Source: Haliotis rubra
Lineage: Eukaryota
Length of the DNA: 64,000 nt
Direction: 5' to 3'
Assembly (NCBI RefSeq): GCF_003918875.1
Contig: NW_025767401.1
Location: forward strand, 434,001-498,000
Positions within the stretch are counted from its first letter, which is position 1, and each line of letters opens with the position of its first letter. The position numbers were made by a program, and so were the translations under genes. A model generated the notes under the pieces. That model worked only from the letters and a program-made list of their open reading frames with translations. It was not told the origin of the DNA and did not search any database. Of the stretch, positions 49,189 through 63,216 are shown piece by piece.

Positions 49189-49322
49189 GAGTGAGTATGG
49201 TTTTACGCTGCTTTTAGCAATATTCCAGCAATATCATATCAGGGGGACACCAGAAATGGGTTTCACACATTGTACCCATGTGGGGAATCGAACCTGGACT
49301 TTTAGCGTCACAAGCAAACACT
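49189..49322 (-). mobile_element. tRNA-derived SINE copy
   Basis: Reverse complement of the 38498 family. Confidence 0.75.
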
Positions 49323-51783
49323 TTCAGGTTTCTGGTACACCAAAGGGACATGTTTGTTTTACAATTGTGTTCTAGTTCATGAAGGAAGTGTAATAAGCTC
49401 TTCTTAGTACAGCTTGATTAGTCTAATAAACAGTAGCCATCAAAATCGACTATACAAGTTCTTACTTTCATTCTATCCCTCTTTGAACCAGACCTATAGT
49501 CAGGTGCTCACCCTATTTTCACTGTTTCATAAAAGAAACACAAACAACTTCTTCTAATCGTAGGATAAAACTGAAAGGACACTGACAACACCAGTCTGTT
49601 TCTACACAGTACACATTGATTTCTTCAACTACTTATACATTTTGCATACAAATATATGTGCAATAACACATGACGTCTGCAATCCTGTGTCAATATGGAG
49701 CTCCATGAATGCTGACCCTGAATGGTGGCTCTTCCCTGTAGAACTGTTTATGTATAACAAACCTTGAAACTTACTGTACAATGAATGACAAATGAACAAT
49801 AATAATCATGCTGTGTTTGGGGATAAATCTGATGCATGCTAAACTTTTCTTTTCCTTTTTAAACTGGTAATTTAGTGAAATTTAGTTGTCTTATTAAGGC
49901 CCCATGTGATGATAATCTGGCAGTGAACACACATAGTGATATGTATTTAAGTCAACTGATCAAGGGTGAAATCAACAACGGAATCTGATGCCCTGAGGAT
50001 TTAATCACAATGTAACCTACAGCAAGAGGCAACACCTACCAACACACATCCGTGCTATCAGGGGTAATAATACAATGAAACAACTGGGAAAGCTACCAGA
50101 TCATCTCAACATGCTTTATATATCCAAAGCTACAAAATATGACACCTTTCACCAAAACCTCAGTATACATAACAGCAGATTCACAAACAATTGCTGAATA
50201 AACCAATGTTGATAACTTATTCTGTTTCATTGACAACATAGAAAGTCTTGGCAATCTAAGCCAGTCAGTCACAGATCCTATGTTCATAACACGTAACACT
50301 TCTATGAAGGATGCAGTGTTCAAGTGATATTGACATCAGTGATAGAGACGTAACAAGGAATAAGCCCACTTAATAACATCTAAACACAAGCTAAAAGGTT
50401 TAGCCTCTATGACCCACAGGATGCCAAGACATGCTGGGGTTGGTCTATCCCTGCTACAGTCACAGACTACCTAAGGTGATTATCCACAAGCTGCCTTTTG
50501 AAGAGCTTATCTTCAAACCTCTTTTCATCACACAACAAACTCAGCCATAACAAAACCCCAAACACCAACAAACCAGTTGACTACACTAATATCTACTTGA
50601 GTAGACGGAGACAACTACACAGACAACAGCTACTGGTATAATCTACATAACAACCTGTCTCGGGAGCACGACACAGGAGCAGCAGTACAGGGGGCTTTCA
50701 CTCAGTAACAGTGACAGCGGGTTAGTGACATTTTAGGTAATGTTTCTATTCACCACATTCACCTATTAGGACAAGAGACAAACAACCTAATCTTACAGTC
50801 ATAATGATTATTAGAGCTGAATGTGACATTGTGATTACATTGTTTACTGCTTGGTATAACTGTCATCTTGGGTTACAGAACCTTGATAAAGTCTGTTCAC
50901 AAACATTAACCAACAATATTTACCTTACAATTGAACAGGCCAAGCATTGGGTACCCATCACAGTTAGCATAAATGTTTTGGAACATTACCGTTTACTAAA
51001 CAATAAACCTGTGATAAACAAGTCCCACTGGTACTAGCTGACCAGGTACAATCAAATTCTTTCTTTCTTCCTGTCTGTATGTACAGGGAAGCCATGCCAT
51101 TTTTCAAGAATTAATTACAGAAATTAAGCAGTGAATGTCTTAACAAATTCACGAAGTGTGTCACTTCTCTTATGAAATGATCAATGACTTAAATAAATAA
51201 TGAATAGCACTGACAAAATCCTAATCTGAAACAAGTGCAGGGATATATATTAGATATAAGTTGTTCATCTAATAAATATGTTGTTATATGTGTATTGTTT
51301 AAAATCAAACAACAGACTCAAAATGAGTACAGAAGATAAAAGGTGAGTATCGAACATAGACATAAAAGAAATAATTATTTTCTATAACAAAGTACTAATA
51401 ATATAACATGAAACTGAACTACTATATTACAATAAGGTGACTCCTGTATGACAAGCTATATACAGTGTATGCACTCATAGTCATTAAGGAAAGGCAACAG
51501 GGTGAGACAAACTTAACAACATTTGAGTCAACCAGAATTTCAATCCCAACAAGGGAAATGTTTTCACCAAAGAATATACACGCGCGTAATGGGACCAATA
51601 AGACATTGGAAAGTTCCTAACTCTTGTCTTGCTTCCGACTGACCAATTTTTCATTTACACAAATGACGTCATAACACCAGTAGGTACAATTCAGAAATAT
51701 ATGTAAATGCTATGAACCAGTGTCTAGAGCAGTTGGTATTTGTTAATAATCAGAACATGGAGTAAAATGCATCTATAGTGAAT

Positions 51784-52025
51784 GAGTGAGTGAGTGAGTT
51801 TAGTTTTATGCCGCACTCAGCAATATTCCAGCTATGTGGCGGCGGTCTGTAAATAATCGAGTCTGGACCAGACAATCCAGTGATCAACAGCATGAGCATC
51901 AATCTGTGCAACTGGGAACGATGACATGTGTCAACCAAGTCAGTGAGCCTGACCACCCGATCCTGTTAGTCGCCTCTTACGACAAGCATAGTCGCCTTTT
52001 GTGGCAAGCATGGGTTGCTGAAGAC
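51784..52025 (-). mobile_element. Non-tRNA-head SINE-like copy with TSD-like gcatctatagt
   Basis: Reverse complement of the 46028 family, with gcatctatagt on both sides. Confidence 0.8.
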
Positions 52026-52658
52026 GCATCTATAGTTAGCTGTACATACAATGATAGCTAACTGTATGTATACATATGTGCAGCTACAGCTATGTTAGAT
52101 ACAGAGTATTACTGTTGCATTAGGCCACCTAGTCATTGCTGGGAGCCTTGTTCAAAAGGAAGTCTTAGGCCTGGAGTCAAGAAGTCTTATGCCTCTACCT
52201 GGATTCCTGAAGCGTCAGACCTCTGTCTGGAGTACTGCCTTGTACAAACACAGACTGTAGTCCTGGCACTGTATTGTAGAAATGGCCTCCATCTCACACA
52301 CAGGTTCATGTCCAAGCTACCCCTAACGTCTACCACAAAATGGATTACTTTCCATTGACAGAATGTTTATACTGGTTTTACTTCTATACTGGAGAATACA
52401 TACCATTACCAAGTATCTCCTACTAATATTTCCTTGTCAGCACTCAGCAGTAGAGGAATATTTTGAAAGTTAAACTAACATGGACATGGTTAAATAAAAA
52501 CACCATTAGATTAATGTAAAAGCAGGATCTATTCTACTACTGGTTATAATTGAGTACAAAAGACCAATAGCAATGATAAACTGAGTCCCAACAAGACTAG
52601 TGTTGTATCCCATGGAGAAACTTTGGGTGATGTGCAGCCCTTTATGAGATCACTAGAA

Positions 52659-55600
52659 TCACATGACAGAGCACCATGACTTGGACTTGGTAGTTGCGAC
52701 CTCCATGTCCCCACTTGACGATATGTACCTGGTGCTGTACTCCTCTCCAACCATCTCATCATCCTCATAATCTTTCTCCTCTTCATCATCTTCTCCATTC
52801 CTGGAGTAGCTATACTTTCTTGACGTGTAGGAGCCATCCAAGAAGCTGTCCTCATTTCCATATCCACCCCTGGTGCTTGAGGACTTATATGATGTTCTGG
52901 AAATGTTCTGCCTGCTTGAGCGGACAGCACTTCCAAAGGAAGACCTGAGACTGGAGTTAACCGACAGTCTGCCTACAGGTGTGCTTGAAACCAGTGGACT
53001 GTCAACCATGTCAGTACTGTCATTTATACGCCGTCTCTTGGCTGTAAGGCTTTCATAAAAGGGGGTAAGAGCAGTCTTGCGTTTCTGAACAGATTTAAAT
53101 ACTACAGGTGTAAAGCCTTCGGTGGATCTATATGTAGACATTACAGATTCAACAGATTTCTTAGCAGACCCCCTCCCTGATTTTAAACTTGTGAATGACT
53201 GTGGTGTTCCAACTGATCTTCTTTTTGAGGATGTTGCTTCTAAAGAAGACCTGGATGTATTCTGGAGCACATTTCTGGGTGAAGCTTTACTCTTGCTCTG
53301 TGAGGTGAAGGAGATTGTAGACAGTTTTATACTAGGGGTCAAAGGCGATGCTACAGACCTCCTCTTCTGTCCAGATTTGACTGAAGATGATTGCCGTCGA
53401 GAACCGGTGGATGATCGTTTTGCTGAACTAAGAGAAGATCGAGACAGAGATTTTCTGTTTACAGAGTTAGGAGTTCTTGGGCCAGATAAAGAGTCTGTAT
53501 TAATTTCTTTGGACAAGAAAGATGAACTTGTGATTTCAAGGGATTTTCTGGCTTTTGAGGAACTCACATTGGTTGACCTGGAGGAAGATTTGACAGATCT
53601 CTTTGTGGAGGATTTCTTCTTGGAACTAGATTTTGAGGTTGAAGGTCTCTTCTGAAATTTAACTGGAGTGGATTTGCTAGATGATCTTGATAATTTCTTA
53701 CCAGAACTGTTCTGCTTAGAACTAGATTTTGAGGTGGAAGGTGTCTTCTGAAATTTAACCGGAGTGGATTGGCTAGATGACTGTAATGATTTCTTACTAG
53801 AACTGTTCCGCTTAGAGCTTGACTTGGGAGTCTTCCTTGGGGAATGAGATCTGCTTCTAGATTTGACCAAAGCTTTTCTAGGTGGTGTAATTGGTGTTTC
53901 ATTTTCAGTTGATGCAAGACTTGTGACAGATATATCGGAAGCATCAAAGTCACTCCTGAAGTCTTCAGATTTCCTTGAAGGTGTCTTGGATGATTTTGTT
54001 GAACTTGATGATCTGGTAGAGCTCTTTTTCTTCTTCTTTGACTTACTCTTTGAAACTGATTTGGGGGACTTCTTAGATGCTGACGAGGATGTTGCTTTCT
54101 TTGAACTACCTGCTTTCTTGCTACTGGAACTTGCTAATAACTGGGAACTGCTCATGTCATGAAGAGTTACTTCAAGTCGGCGTGGTGTGGATGGATTAGA
54201 AGCTTCACTTTTCTTCACAGATGTTTTGCGGCTTGAAACTGGAGAATCTGGGGATCCAGAGCTTTTCAATCCATTTATTCGAACCAGTAGTCTCTTGGAT
54301 GTTGACCTCTTCGATACTGAAGATGTTTTCAAAGGTGATGGTGATGCTGACAGTCTTTTCTTGGGACTTTGAGATTGTCGAGTTTTTGAATTTGATTTAC
54401 TGCCTGTTGTTTTTGATGAACTAACAACCACACGTCTCCGTTTCTGGGCAGGTGATGGGATGGGTGTCACAAACTGAAATGAAACTTCCATGTCATCTTC
54501 CTCTTCCTCTTTATCTCTTGAACGTTTCTTTGTAGATCTTGTGGATTGTTTCTGAGAATTACTTGAACTTCTCTTTGGTGTTGTCTTCGCTTTAGGTGCC
54601 GGTGATTTACTTTGCCTCTTCTTAGATCTTGATGGAGATTTACTGGGTGACTGAGACTTTCTGCTGGATTTCTTAGAACGACTAGAACGTGAAGACAAAA
54701 TTAAAACATCATTTTTAGAGTCTGAAGATGTTTTTGAGGATGTGCTCTTAGTCGCTGTAGATGTTTGCTTCTTTGACGAGGAAGCCCTATGCGCTTTCAG
54801 AATCCTCCGTTTTGGGGTTGGTGATTCAGTTTCTTCTTCTTCCATTGAGGAAGATCTAACAATCTCCACCATTTCGCGGACTGACAGAGAAGCAGACTGC
54901 AAGGGTGACTTCTTAGCTTGCCCAGCAAATATGGAAGACCGTCTGCTTCTTGTCTTGACCCCAGGTGGGGAGAAGACAGTGGGCATCTTGAAAACATTGC
55001 TTCCCTTCACAGCCTTGGAGGACCTCTGAGGAATCTTGGACACTACAGTTTTCTTGGTGTACACTGATGACCTGGCAGAGAAAATTTACAGATCAATACT
55101 AAAAGAAATGTCTGGCTACTAAAACATGCAAAACAACTTTAAACTTTACAAGAAATACCAGCACCAGACAAATTTAACTATCAAATATTGATCAAAATGA
55201 AAACAATTTCAAATTTATAACATAAGGCCAGGCCAATTTTATTTCTTGTTTTACGGATGCGCCGGTCGTATTTTTTAAAGAATGATAAAAAAAAATAACA
55301 ATAATTTTTCCCTGCTCAAAAAAGAAAATTCTAACGGCCAAATATGTAAACCTGCAAGAAATATTTTTTGGCCCCACTTCATAAATTGCCAAAAGTAATC
55401 TACTTTTAGTATTTAGAAGGAATATCACTCTGACTTGATTTTTTTTCTTCTTCCTGCCTTTAGGTTTTCTGAGGACAAAAATCCGTAAAACAAGAAATAA
55501 AATTGGTCTGACCTAAAAAGTTATTCACAAATTTTACCCTACAAACTGTGGTATTTCTGGAGAAAAAAAAATTCTTCAGCTTTTCACGAATGGATTCTAA

Positions 55601-58110
55601 CCTGCGTGTTCGTGGCCTTTTAGGTGAAGGTGATGTCGACTTAGGTGATTCAAAGACAGCAAGACTGCCTGACACCCATCCTGGAGTTAATGGCGACCCT
55701 GAGGACAGCCGACTTTTCACTGGTGTGCTGCAGACAGATAACACCACAATCATGAAACATGCTTCTCATCACTGAAGAACTGTAGAAAACAGCTGTTCAT
55801 CCTGTAGATTGATTGCAAAATCATACTTTAGTTCCATTAATTATTTACGATTAAATTTGTTCCAACTATTTCGCATATTTCTGTGATATCATATTTTTAA
55901 GATTGTAAAAATATTTTCCAAAGGGATCCCAACCCAAAACATTTACTGAAAAAGTCAGTTAAGTTTGTATTTGGTTCACCTCATGATCGGATACAAATCT
56001 TCTTATCATAAATCAACTAATAGATACCCCAAAATGTTACAATGTAAACCAAACAAATTGAAACTTATCTGACATTAAGAGATTTTCAAATAATAAATCT
56101 TAGCTAAGCTTATCTACACTTTCCTCAAACTATTTTTCAGGGGGTAAGAAAACAACATCATATAGCTTCGCAATTAACCATCACTAGACAAGATTATTTA
56201 CCCATTCAGTTCTAATTTGTTTTTGCTAGGCATTGTCTTATATACAGGGACTAAGATTACTGTGTGTAATTGTCTCGAATACAGCGCTGGAAATGGCAAT
56301 CAGCTGTGCAGTGCACACGTTCCCCTACTGGTGATTTAGTTAAAACATACCCAACAAGAAGACAAAGTCATCAATATCCCCCGCAATGGCAAAATACTCT
56401 TCAGGATTATGTCTACGAGTTATGATTATGTCAAATATTTAGGTGTGTATATAAAAAAGTGGAAGGAGAGTATTAAAAGGTTTTTAAAGTTCTGCTCCAG
56501 AAAGGAGCACTATCACCAATTTCAGCCTATGTCAAACTTGTTGCAAAAATATTTTATTCAGAATTCCAAAACTACCTAAAGGCACCAGTACACCACCAGA
56601 TCTATGTATGTGCCAAGTTTGGTGAAGAAACATTGAACGGTTTTAGAGTTCTGCTCCGGAAAAGTGCACTACCACTAATTTCTGTTTTAGTCAAACTTGT
56701 TGCCATGGAAACGCCAAAAATATTTTATTCAGAATTCCAAAACTACCAAAAGGCACCAGTACACCACCAGATCTATCTATGTGCCAAGTTTGGTGAAGAA
56801 ATAATTAACGGTTTTAGAGTTCTGCTCCGGAAAAGACAAATGTGCACGGACGGAGTCCATTTTAATACCCCCCGCAAAACGTGTTGCAGGGGATAATAAT
56901 ACGAGATTAATTCTGATGCAGTGATTGGAAAAATATAGTGTCAGGGACTATTGTTTTAAGAAGAGAAATATATTCTAGCATTGTGTCACTTTAATTGCAG
57001 GTTTTGCTCTATAAATGTAAAATATTTATAATCATAACTAAGGTTATGCGACAGCTTTCTGGTGTATTGCTGGATAGTTTTATGCATGGAACATTTTGAC
57101 CTGTCACCAGTGAGGTTTCACGCGATCTCACTATTTCCACCGCAAAAACAGTTTGTTGACATGTGATCGTCCAGCTACACTAAATATGACTTTTGGCGAA
57201 ACAAAATATGTATGTGTATCCATTTTCTGTCAACAGCACTTCATTTCGAGACATGAGTAGACGCAATATGATAGTGATTGCAGCGAATAATGTGGGCAGA
57301 ACTTATAAATATCAGAGGGACACACGATTTCACTGCAATTAATATAAACATTCTTTTTGTAACATTTTGAGTAAAATTACCGTCTTGTTGTTAATACCAA
57401 CAGTGATTGTTATCATATTAGAAAGAAAACAAACACAGGTTCCCACATTAGAGGTCAGTAAAATCTTTATTAGATACTATTCTCACCAAACATACTTACG
57501 TTTTACACCCAAGACGGTAACTGCCAGTTGTCTTGTGGTCAGAGTTGACCGTGATTAGGACCCCATCGGGTTGGCTTATGTGCGAAACATACCATTTTGA
57601 TACTGATTTTAAGGGTCGAGTTAGAGGTCGGCTTATCTCTGAGATCGGCTTATCTATGGTAATATACAGTAGATATAATTTTGTTTTGTCTTCTGCCTAA
57701 AATCTTGACAAAAACCCAGACTTGCGTTTCTTATGATGTTCAGTATATATCCTAGCCTTGATAAGCTTTAAGGTATATTTCATTTATTAGTGTTAGTTGA
57801 TAAATATATCCAATACAGCATCCCCTTAGCATGCATCAGGGACTTAGAATAACATATTTCTGAAAATAAATTGAGACTAAGAAAAACATATTTCTGAAAA
57901 TAAACCGGCACTAAGAATAACATATTTCTGAACTCAAAATAGTTATCAATAACATAAGAACACTTACATTTCCTTTTTCGTGATGGGGCTGGTCCTGCTT
58001 GACGACACCAGAGTAGTCACACGAGATGATGATGTGATGACAGTCGTCGTCCTGCTGCTTCTGCTGGACGATGCCGACTTCTGTATGACACTTACTCTTC
58101 TGCTCGGCAT
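52659..58110 (-). CDS. ~893-aa highly basic Ser/Lys/Arg-rich protein with C-terminal CaaX (CSVM); exons 58110-57968, 55727-55602, 55071-52659
   Basis: An 801-codon open last exon. Both introns are GT-AG in phase 2 (AT|C and AG|G). Starts MPSRRVSVIQKS and ends TTKSKSWCSVM*. Confidence 0.85.
56353..56896 (-). mobile_element. HINE copy (same family as 12207-13253) with ~2 tandem units
   Basis: Near-identical ends: aacaagaagacaaagtcatcaatatcccccgc and cgcaaaacgtgttgcaggggataa. Confidence 0.85.
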
Positions 58111-58770
58111 GGTTCAAAGTATAGGCATCACACACTCACCTGCGAAGGACATAATAAAACACATACGTTCACATGTGAGTAGTTATGATATTGGAATACA
58201 TTTCATGTCCCCTGTTATGTTAATGCCAAACCTTTCTATCATATATATTTCTAAAGTTTGATCACTCAGTCAGTGTGTCTGTTCTCCAGTATATACTGGA
58301 TTTTGGCTGGTAAAAATTACCCAGGACTGATAAATTTGGAGGCTGCCGGTCACCGTGTCCGGTAAAATACCAAAACTACATTTTGTCCTGCTTAAAATGT
58401 TACCAAAATTGAAATAAAATTGCTAAAATAATCCTCTAATAATAGAACTGGCCACTTGCGATTTTCGTGTGAGATGAGGTTTCCTTCTAAATTCATTATG
58501 CTATACGCAATGTATTTTGTACCTCGAAACATCACTATAATTACTGCTGTCATGGAAAATCACGCAAAATAACAATGCTATCCGATTGTTTAGAAAGAGA
58601 AAGCTGTAGCAGGTGAATACATTCTTTTATTCAATTTCATTGGCTTTTTTAATCATATTTTGTGACCGGTGGATTTTGTGCAGGACCGGTAAATTAAGAG
58701 GTCGTCGGACACAGTGACCGACTGTTAAAAATACTGTCAGTAACAGAGATGTTATTCTATCACTAAATAC

Positions 58771-60213
58771 TAGTGGTGTTCCGATGATCAAAAATAATCG
58801 AAAATTGATCGAAAGAAGTATTAAAAATAATTATCGATTGTAAAAAACATATGTTTGATTAATCTGAATTTTGTTCTTTTAGCATAAAACACTTGAATGA
58901 AGTAAACTAACCATTAAATTTGATGGATATTCATGAACAAACATGCGCTCAACAACGTAAAGCTATGCGTAAAATTTCAGCCCCTTTTATTGTTTAACAA
59001 GCATTGTCACTAAGGTGACATAATCACCCGCCGCAAATTATCAAATCAAACTTAAAAAGTAATGAAGTTAAATGTCAACAAAAACATGACCAGTCAACCT
59101 CTCTTGATATCTTGCTCTGTAGTTGTTCAAACGCACAAATATTTTCAAGAGTCACTTTGACCTTGACATGAATGTCTTAGTGTATGAAATATGCAAAATT
59201 AGTAATAAAGAAATTGCTTTTTGAAAAACATTCAGGGGAAGTCTTGAAAGTCTATGAAGAAAATCCAGTGAACCGTTCTTGAGATATCTTGCTGACAATC
59301 TTAACATGCAGTTTAAAATGCTGAAATCATCAAAGTGTCGACGTGACCTTGAAAATTATGTGAAGGTTACCAAAATCGACTAGGCCTTGCATCTTCCCTA
59401 GATGAAGCTTGGTGTCAAATATGAAGAAAATACAGTAAATGGTTCTTGAGGTATCTCGCTGACAAGCTTAACATGAAGCTTCACATGATGAAATCTTCAA
59501 TGTGTTGCCATGACCTTGAAAGATGTGTAAAGGTCACCAAAACTGACTGGGCCCTGTGCCTTCCTTAGATAAAGCTTGGTGTTGAATATGAAGAAATTCT
59601 AGTGAACGGTTCTTGAGCTATCTCACTGACAAGCTCAACATGCATGTTAACATGCTGAAATCTTCAAAGTGTCACTGTGACCTTGAAAATTATTTGAAGG
59701 TCACCAAAATCGACTGGGCCCTGTGCCTTCCCTAGATAAAGCTCGGTGTTGAATATGAAGAAAATCCAGGGAACGGTTCTTGAGATATCTCGCTGACAAG
59801 GGTAAAACGTTAAAGTCCCCTTGTGACCTTGAAATGAAGGTCAAGGTCAACAAACCTCACTGGAACCTTTCTCATACTGTGATGAACCTAGGTACCAAAT
59901 ATGAAAAGAATCTAGTCAATCTAAGATATACCAATTCATACGTACGTACGGAGCCTAATACTATATACCCCGGCGCGCGTTTAGCGCGAAGCAGGGTATA
60001 TAGTATTAGGCTCCGTCCAGTGTCTTTCTTGCATGCGTGCATTTCATTGCATGACAGTATTAGTTATACAAAAACATTAATTAGAAAAAACCTGAGGAAA
60101 ACCCCTTAAAATTGGTGATTACATTAAAAATGTACATATTTCAATTATAATCGATAATCATTCACCACAAGTCCTCCGATAATAGTGGATTTCGTTTCCT
60201 ATTCCTATCACTA
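58771..60213. mobile_element. hAT-like MITE interrupted by a nested HINE
   Basis: TAGTG...CACTA ends with 8-bp TSD ctaaatac (58763-58770 and 60214-60221). A related end occurs at 31385. Confidence 0.75.
58995..60018 (-). mobile_element. Second HINE family with ~167-bp tandem units
   Basis: aacaag end with hairpin tgtcactaaggtgaca. tgaccttgaaa recurs at ~59344, 59511, 59678 and 59824. (TACG)n and a terminal hairpin near 59950-60016. Confidence 0.7.
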
Positions 60214-60576
60214 CTAAATACAAACATTAAAACAAGTGGTTTTAACAAAAGCGTGTGTCCCCAAGTCCACTCTGCTGGAATTAATGGTAATTTTGTCACT
60301 TTTCTTAGAACATTCTTCAATTATTATTTTTTAGCGTAATTAATAATTATCATACATTATTCAAGACAAATTTAGGGTCTGTTTAATAAAAAATTGTTTT
60401 CAAGGACCAGTTTTATTCCCAACAAAGATCAGGTAGAGTCTGTACATAGAGCAGCAAGTGTCACTGCACAATACCACCGAGATTAACACTGGGGGGTAAT
60501 GTATACTACATGTCATTTTGGTATCTTGTGGCAATAGGTGTGCATGGCAAGACCTCTTGCACAGTTATTTTTTCAT

Positions 60577-61347
60577 GTGCACAGGGTTATCTCCCAAAAG
60601 ACAGACCTCCCATAAGACAGACTCAATGAGTACACTAATTAGCTGAGCCATGCTGTCCACCCCTACTTAATTAATGAGCTGACCCAGAGTCACTACAGAG
60701 TATAGTAACAACACACTCCTATCCCCTGTGCCCTTCTAAATACATATTACTAATCCTTTTACTAAACAGAACAGAATAGAACCGATGTTTTTATTACCGA
60801 AGATGAAAGTGAAATAGTATTTATAAAATTCAGTATAAACAAAGTATATAACTGGAGAACAGGATGTCTTATAATAGTTATTTTCCCCATGACTTTCTTC
60901 CTATGACTTTTTTCCGATCACCCTCTAGATGGCTACCTGTATGTCAAGAGCAAGGTGAAAGGAGAAAATGATGTTCAAGTGACTTCTAATAAGTGTTATC
61001 TGTTCACTGACAAACATGTGATGTAAAATAATATGGCCCAGGTCTCAGATGTTTGATAGGTACATGTACATAAATTATTGTCTTTGATAATATTCACAAG
61101 TAAATGTGATCTGGCAAATATATGGTGATGTACATATGATATATGCCTTAATTTATGTCTTAATTTAAAAATCATAATTCATTACATGAATTGATAAAAC
61201 TATAGTTCATATATAATTTTATCTGGGCACATACCATTATTATCAAGGGTACAGCTTAATTAAGCCTTATGCAACCAACCATTAAAATGTGTTGTTTTAA
61301 GCGGTCTGTCTTTTGGGAGGTCTGTCTCATGGGATGATACCGTGTAC
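60577..61347. mobile_element. TIR element, CACTA/EnSpm-like non-autonomous
   Basis: cacagggttatctcccaaaagacagacctcccataagacagac is inverted as gtctgtcttttgggaggtctgtctcatgggatgataccgtg. Confidence 0.6.
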
Positions 61348-61641
61348 ATCTGTCAGGATTATGTTTGCCTATTGTTATTGGTATAATGTAAGTTCAGTTC
61401 TCTACAGTTAAAGATTCAGCTACTGACATTATCAACTACATCACAATACCAGTTCTGCCACAACAAGAGTATACTGTAACAGAATAATACAAGCAGAGAC
61501 TATATACCCGGTATATGGTCTCTGATACAAGTCATATGGCGATAGAAAATAGTTCTATTAATATGATTGATTCCGAAATGTCAATTAATATATCTCCGCA
61601 TACAACTCATCATTATTGCTTAATGCTATCTCTTTATTATT

Positions 61642-61795
61642 GGGCGATGGGGTAGCCCAGTGGTTAAAGCGTTCACTCGTCACGCCAAAGACCCAGGTTC
61701 AATTCCCCACATAGGCCAAATGTGTGAAGCCCATTTCTGGTGTCCCCCGGTGATATTGCTGGAATATTGCTAAAAGCGGCGTAAAACTTAAGTCA
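61642..61795 (+). mobile_element. tRNA-derived SINE copy
   Basis: Same family as 38498 (A and B boxes, gctggaatattgct tail). Confidence 0.85.
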
Positions 61796-63057
61796 CCGTA
61801 TGTCACACTGTACCAGTGTTCAGTTGACTTTCCAATGTTAATTATGTTGTTTATTTAAAAAATCAACAAGAAAATCGGCCGATATAGTGGAAGAATTATC
61901 AGGGCAAGTGATTTTACATGTGCCACTGTACCCGGAGTACACTAGCAATTTTAATGTTATTTCCACCCCTGCATGTGAGCTGATACAATGAGTGCCACTT
62001 TGCTAATTGATCATTTCTTGTAAAACAAACAATGTTTAGCTTGTGGTATTGTTTGTAAAGTTATGTTTGTCTTCCAGTTCATCAAAGGAGAATAAAGATT
62101 ATTTCTGATAACATTTCTTTGTGTGTCAAGCTACACTGCAATCTGATAATCATGATAGTGACTTACGATTGATGAACAGTAGACATATACACATCTACCA
62201 GTAATACAAATTAAACGTTTAGTATTATTTAATGCAAAATGTATCTGTATTAATCTTTAAGAAGTAAATTACTACAATTGCCTTAGGTTTTGTTTGCTAT
62301 AGAGGTATTTGCAATTGTTCTGTAGATCTAAATACAAATGAAAGACTGTTTATTTTTATTCTGTTCTGCAAATAATTATCGTTTTATTCTAAACACAAAT
62401 GCATCCGAAAAATTTGAAATTCCCCAGAATCTAGTGATTACTTATTTCAAAGACCTTGACACTGACCTTTGACAGCTGATGCTTTTGAACTAACACCAAT
62501 GGCAGGTCATATGTATAATTAATGCTCCTTTTTTAAAATTAATAGTTGCAACATGAAGTTTCAAGACAACTTTTCAATACGCCTATAAGTGCTTCTACAT
62601 AGTCAATATGTTACCTTGTTGAGTCTTCCAGCAACCTCCTGGATATATTGATTTTGATACAGCTGACCTAGTTTCACCCTCAAGTTACTCATGCAAGTAT
62701 CAAAATGTACATCACGAACGACAAAATAAAACAGCTTGCTTCAGTGGAGGAAATGGGTGTATCCTTTGATCATAATGCCACGATGACCAAACAACGGATC
62801 CGCTTTCGCACCCTCTCCCCCTACACATGCCATATTGTATTACCTAACACTGAATTGTCATTTTTCTGTTTACCGTTCACACTATTTTTAGAATTACTAC
62901 ACACTCCAACGATTCGCGCCCAACGCGCCACTGTGCAAACTGAAATCGACGACACACCTATCCGTCACTTAGTTTGTGTAAATGTAACTTAGTGTACCGG
63001 AATAATTTTGTAGCGAAGATCAAGGGAGTCAACTTCAATAGGAAAGTGCATACATAC

Positions 63058-63216
63058 CTGTTAATTATTTGCAATAGCTGCCGTAGCACGATAGAAGGAG
63101 CAACAAAAACAACAACACCGTTGAAAGCGTGTGTAAACGCACTATTACGCATTGACCCGTGACCTTTGCTACTAAATATGGAAATATTGGATAACAACCG
63201 TTCTCTTAGCCAATCA
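63058..63216 (-). promoter_or_regulatory. Candidate non-coding first exon/promoter of the CaaX-protein gene
   Basis: Minus-strand donor CAG|GTATGT at 63058/63057, CCAAT boxes at ~63186 and ~63209, and local CpG enrichment. Confidence 0.35.

Noticed and set aside
53122-55029. Plus-strand Asp/Leu/Phe-rich ORFs
   Set aside because: Antisense shadows of the Ser/Lys-rich exon.
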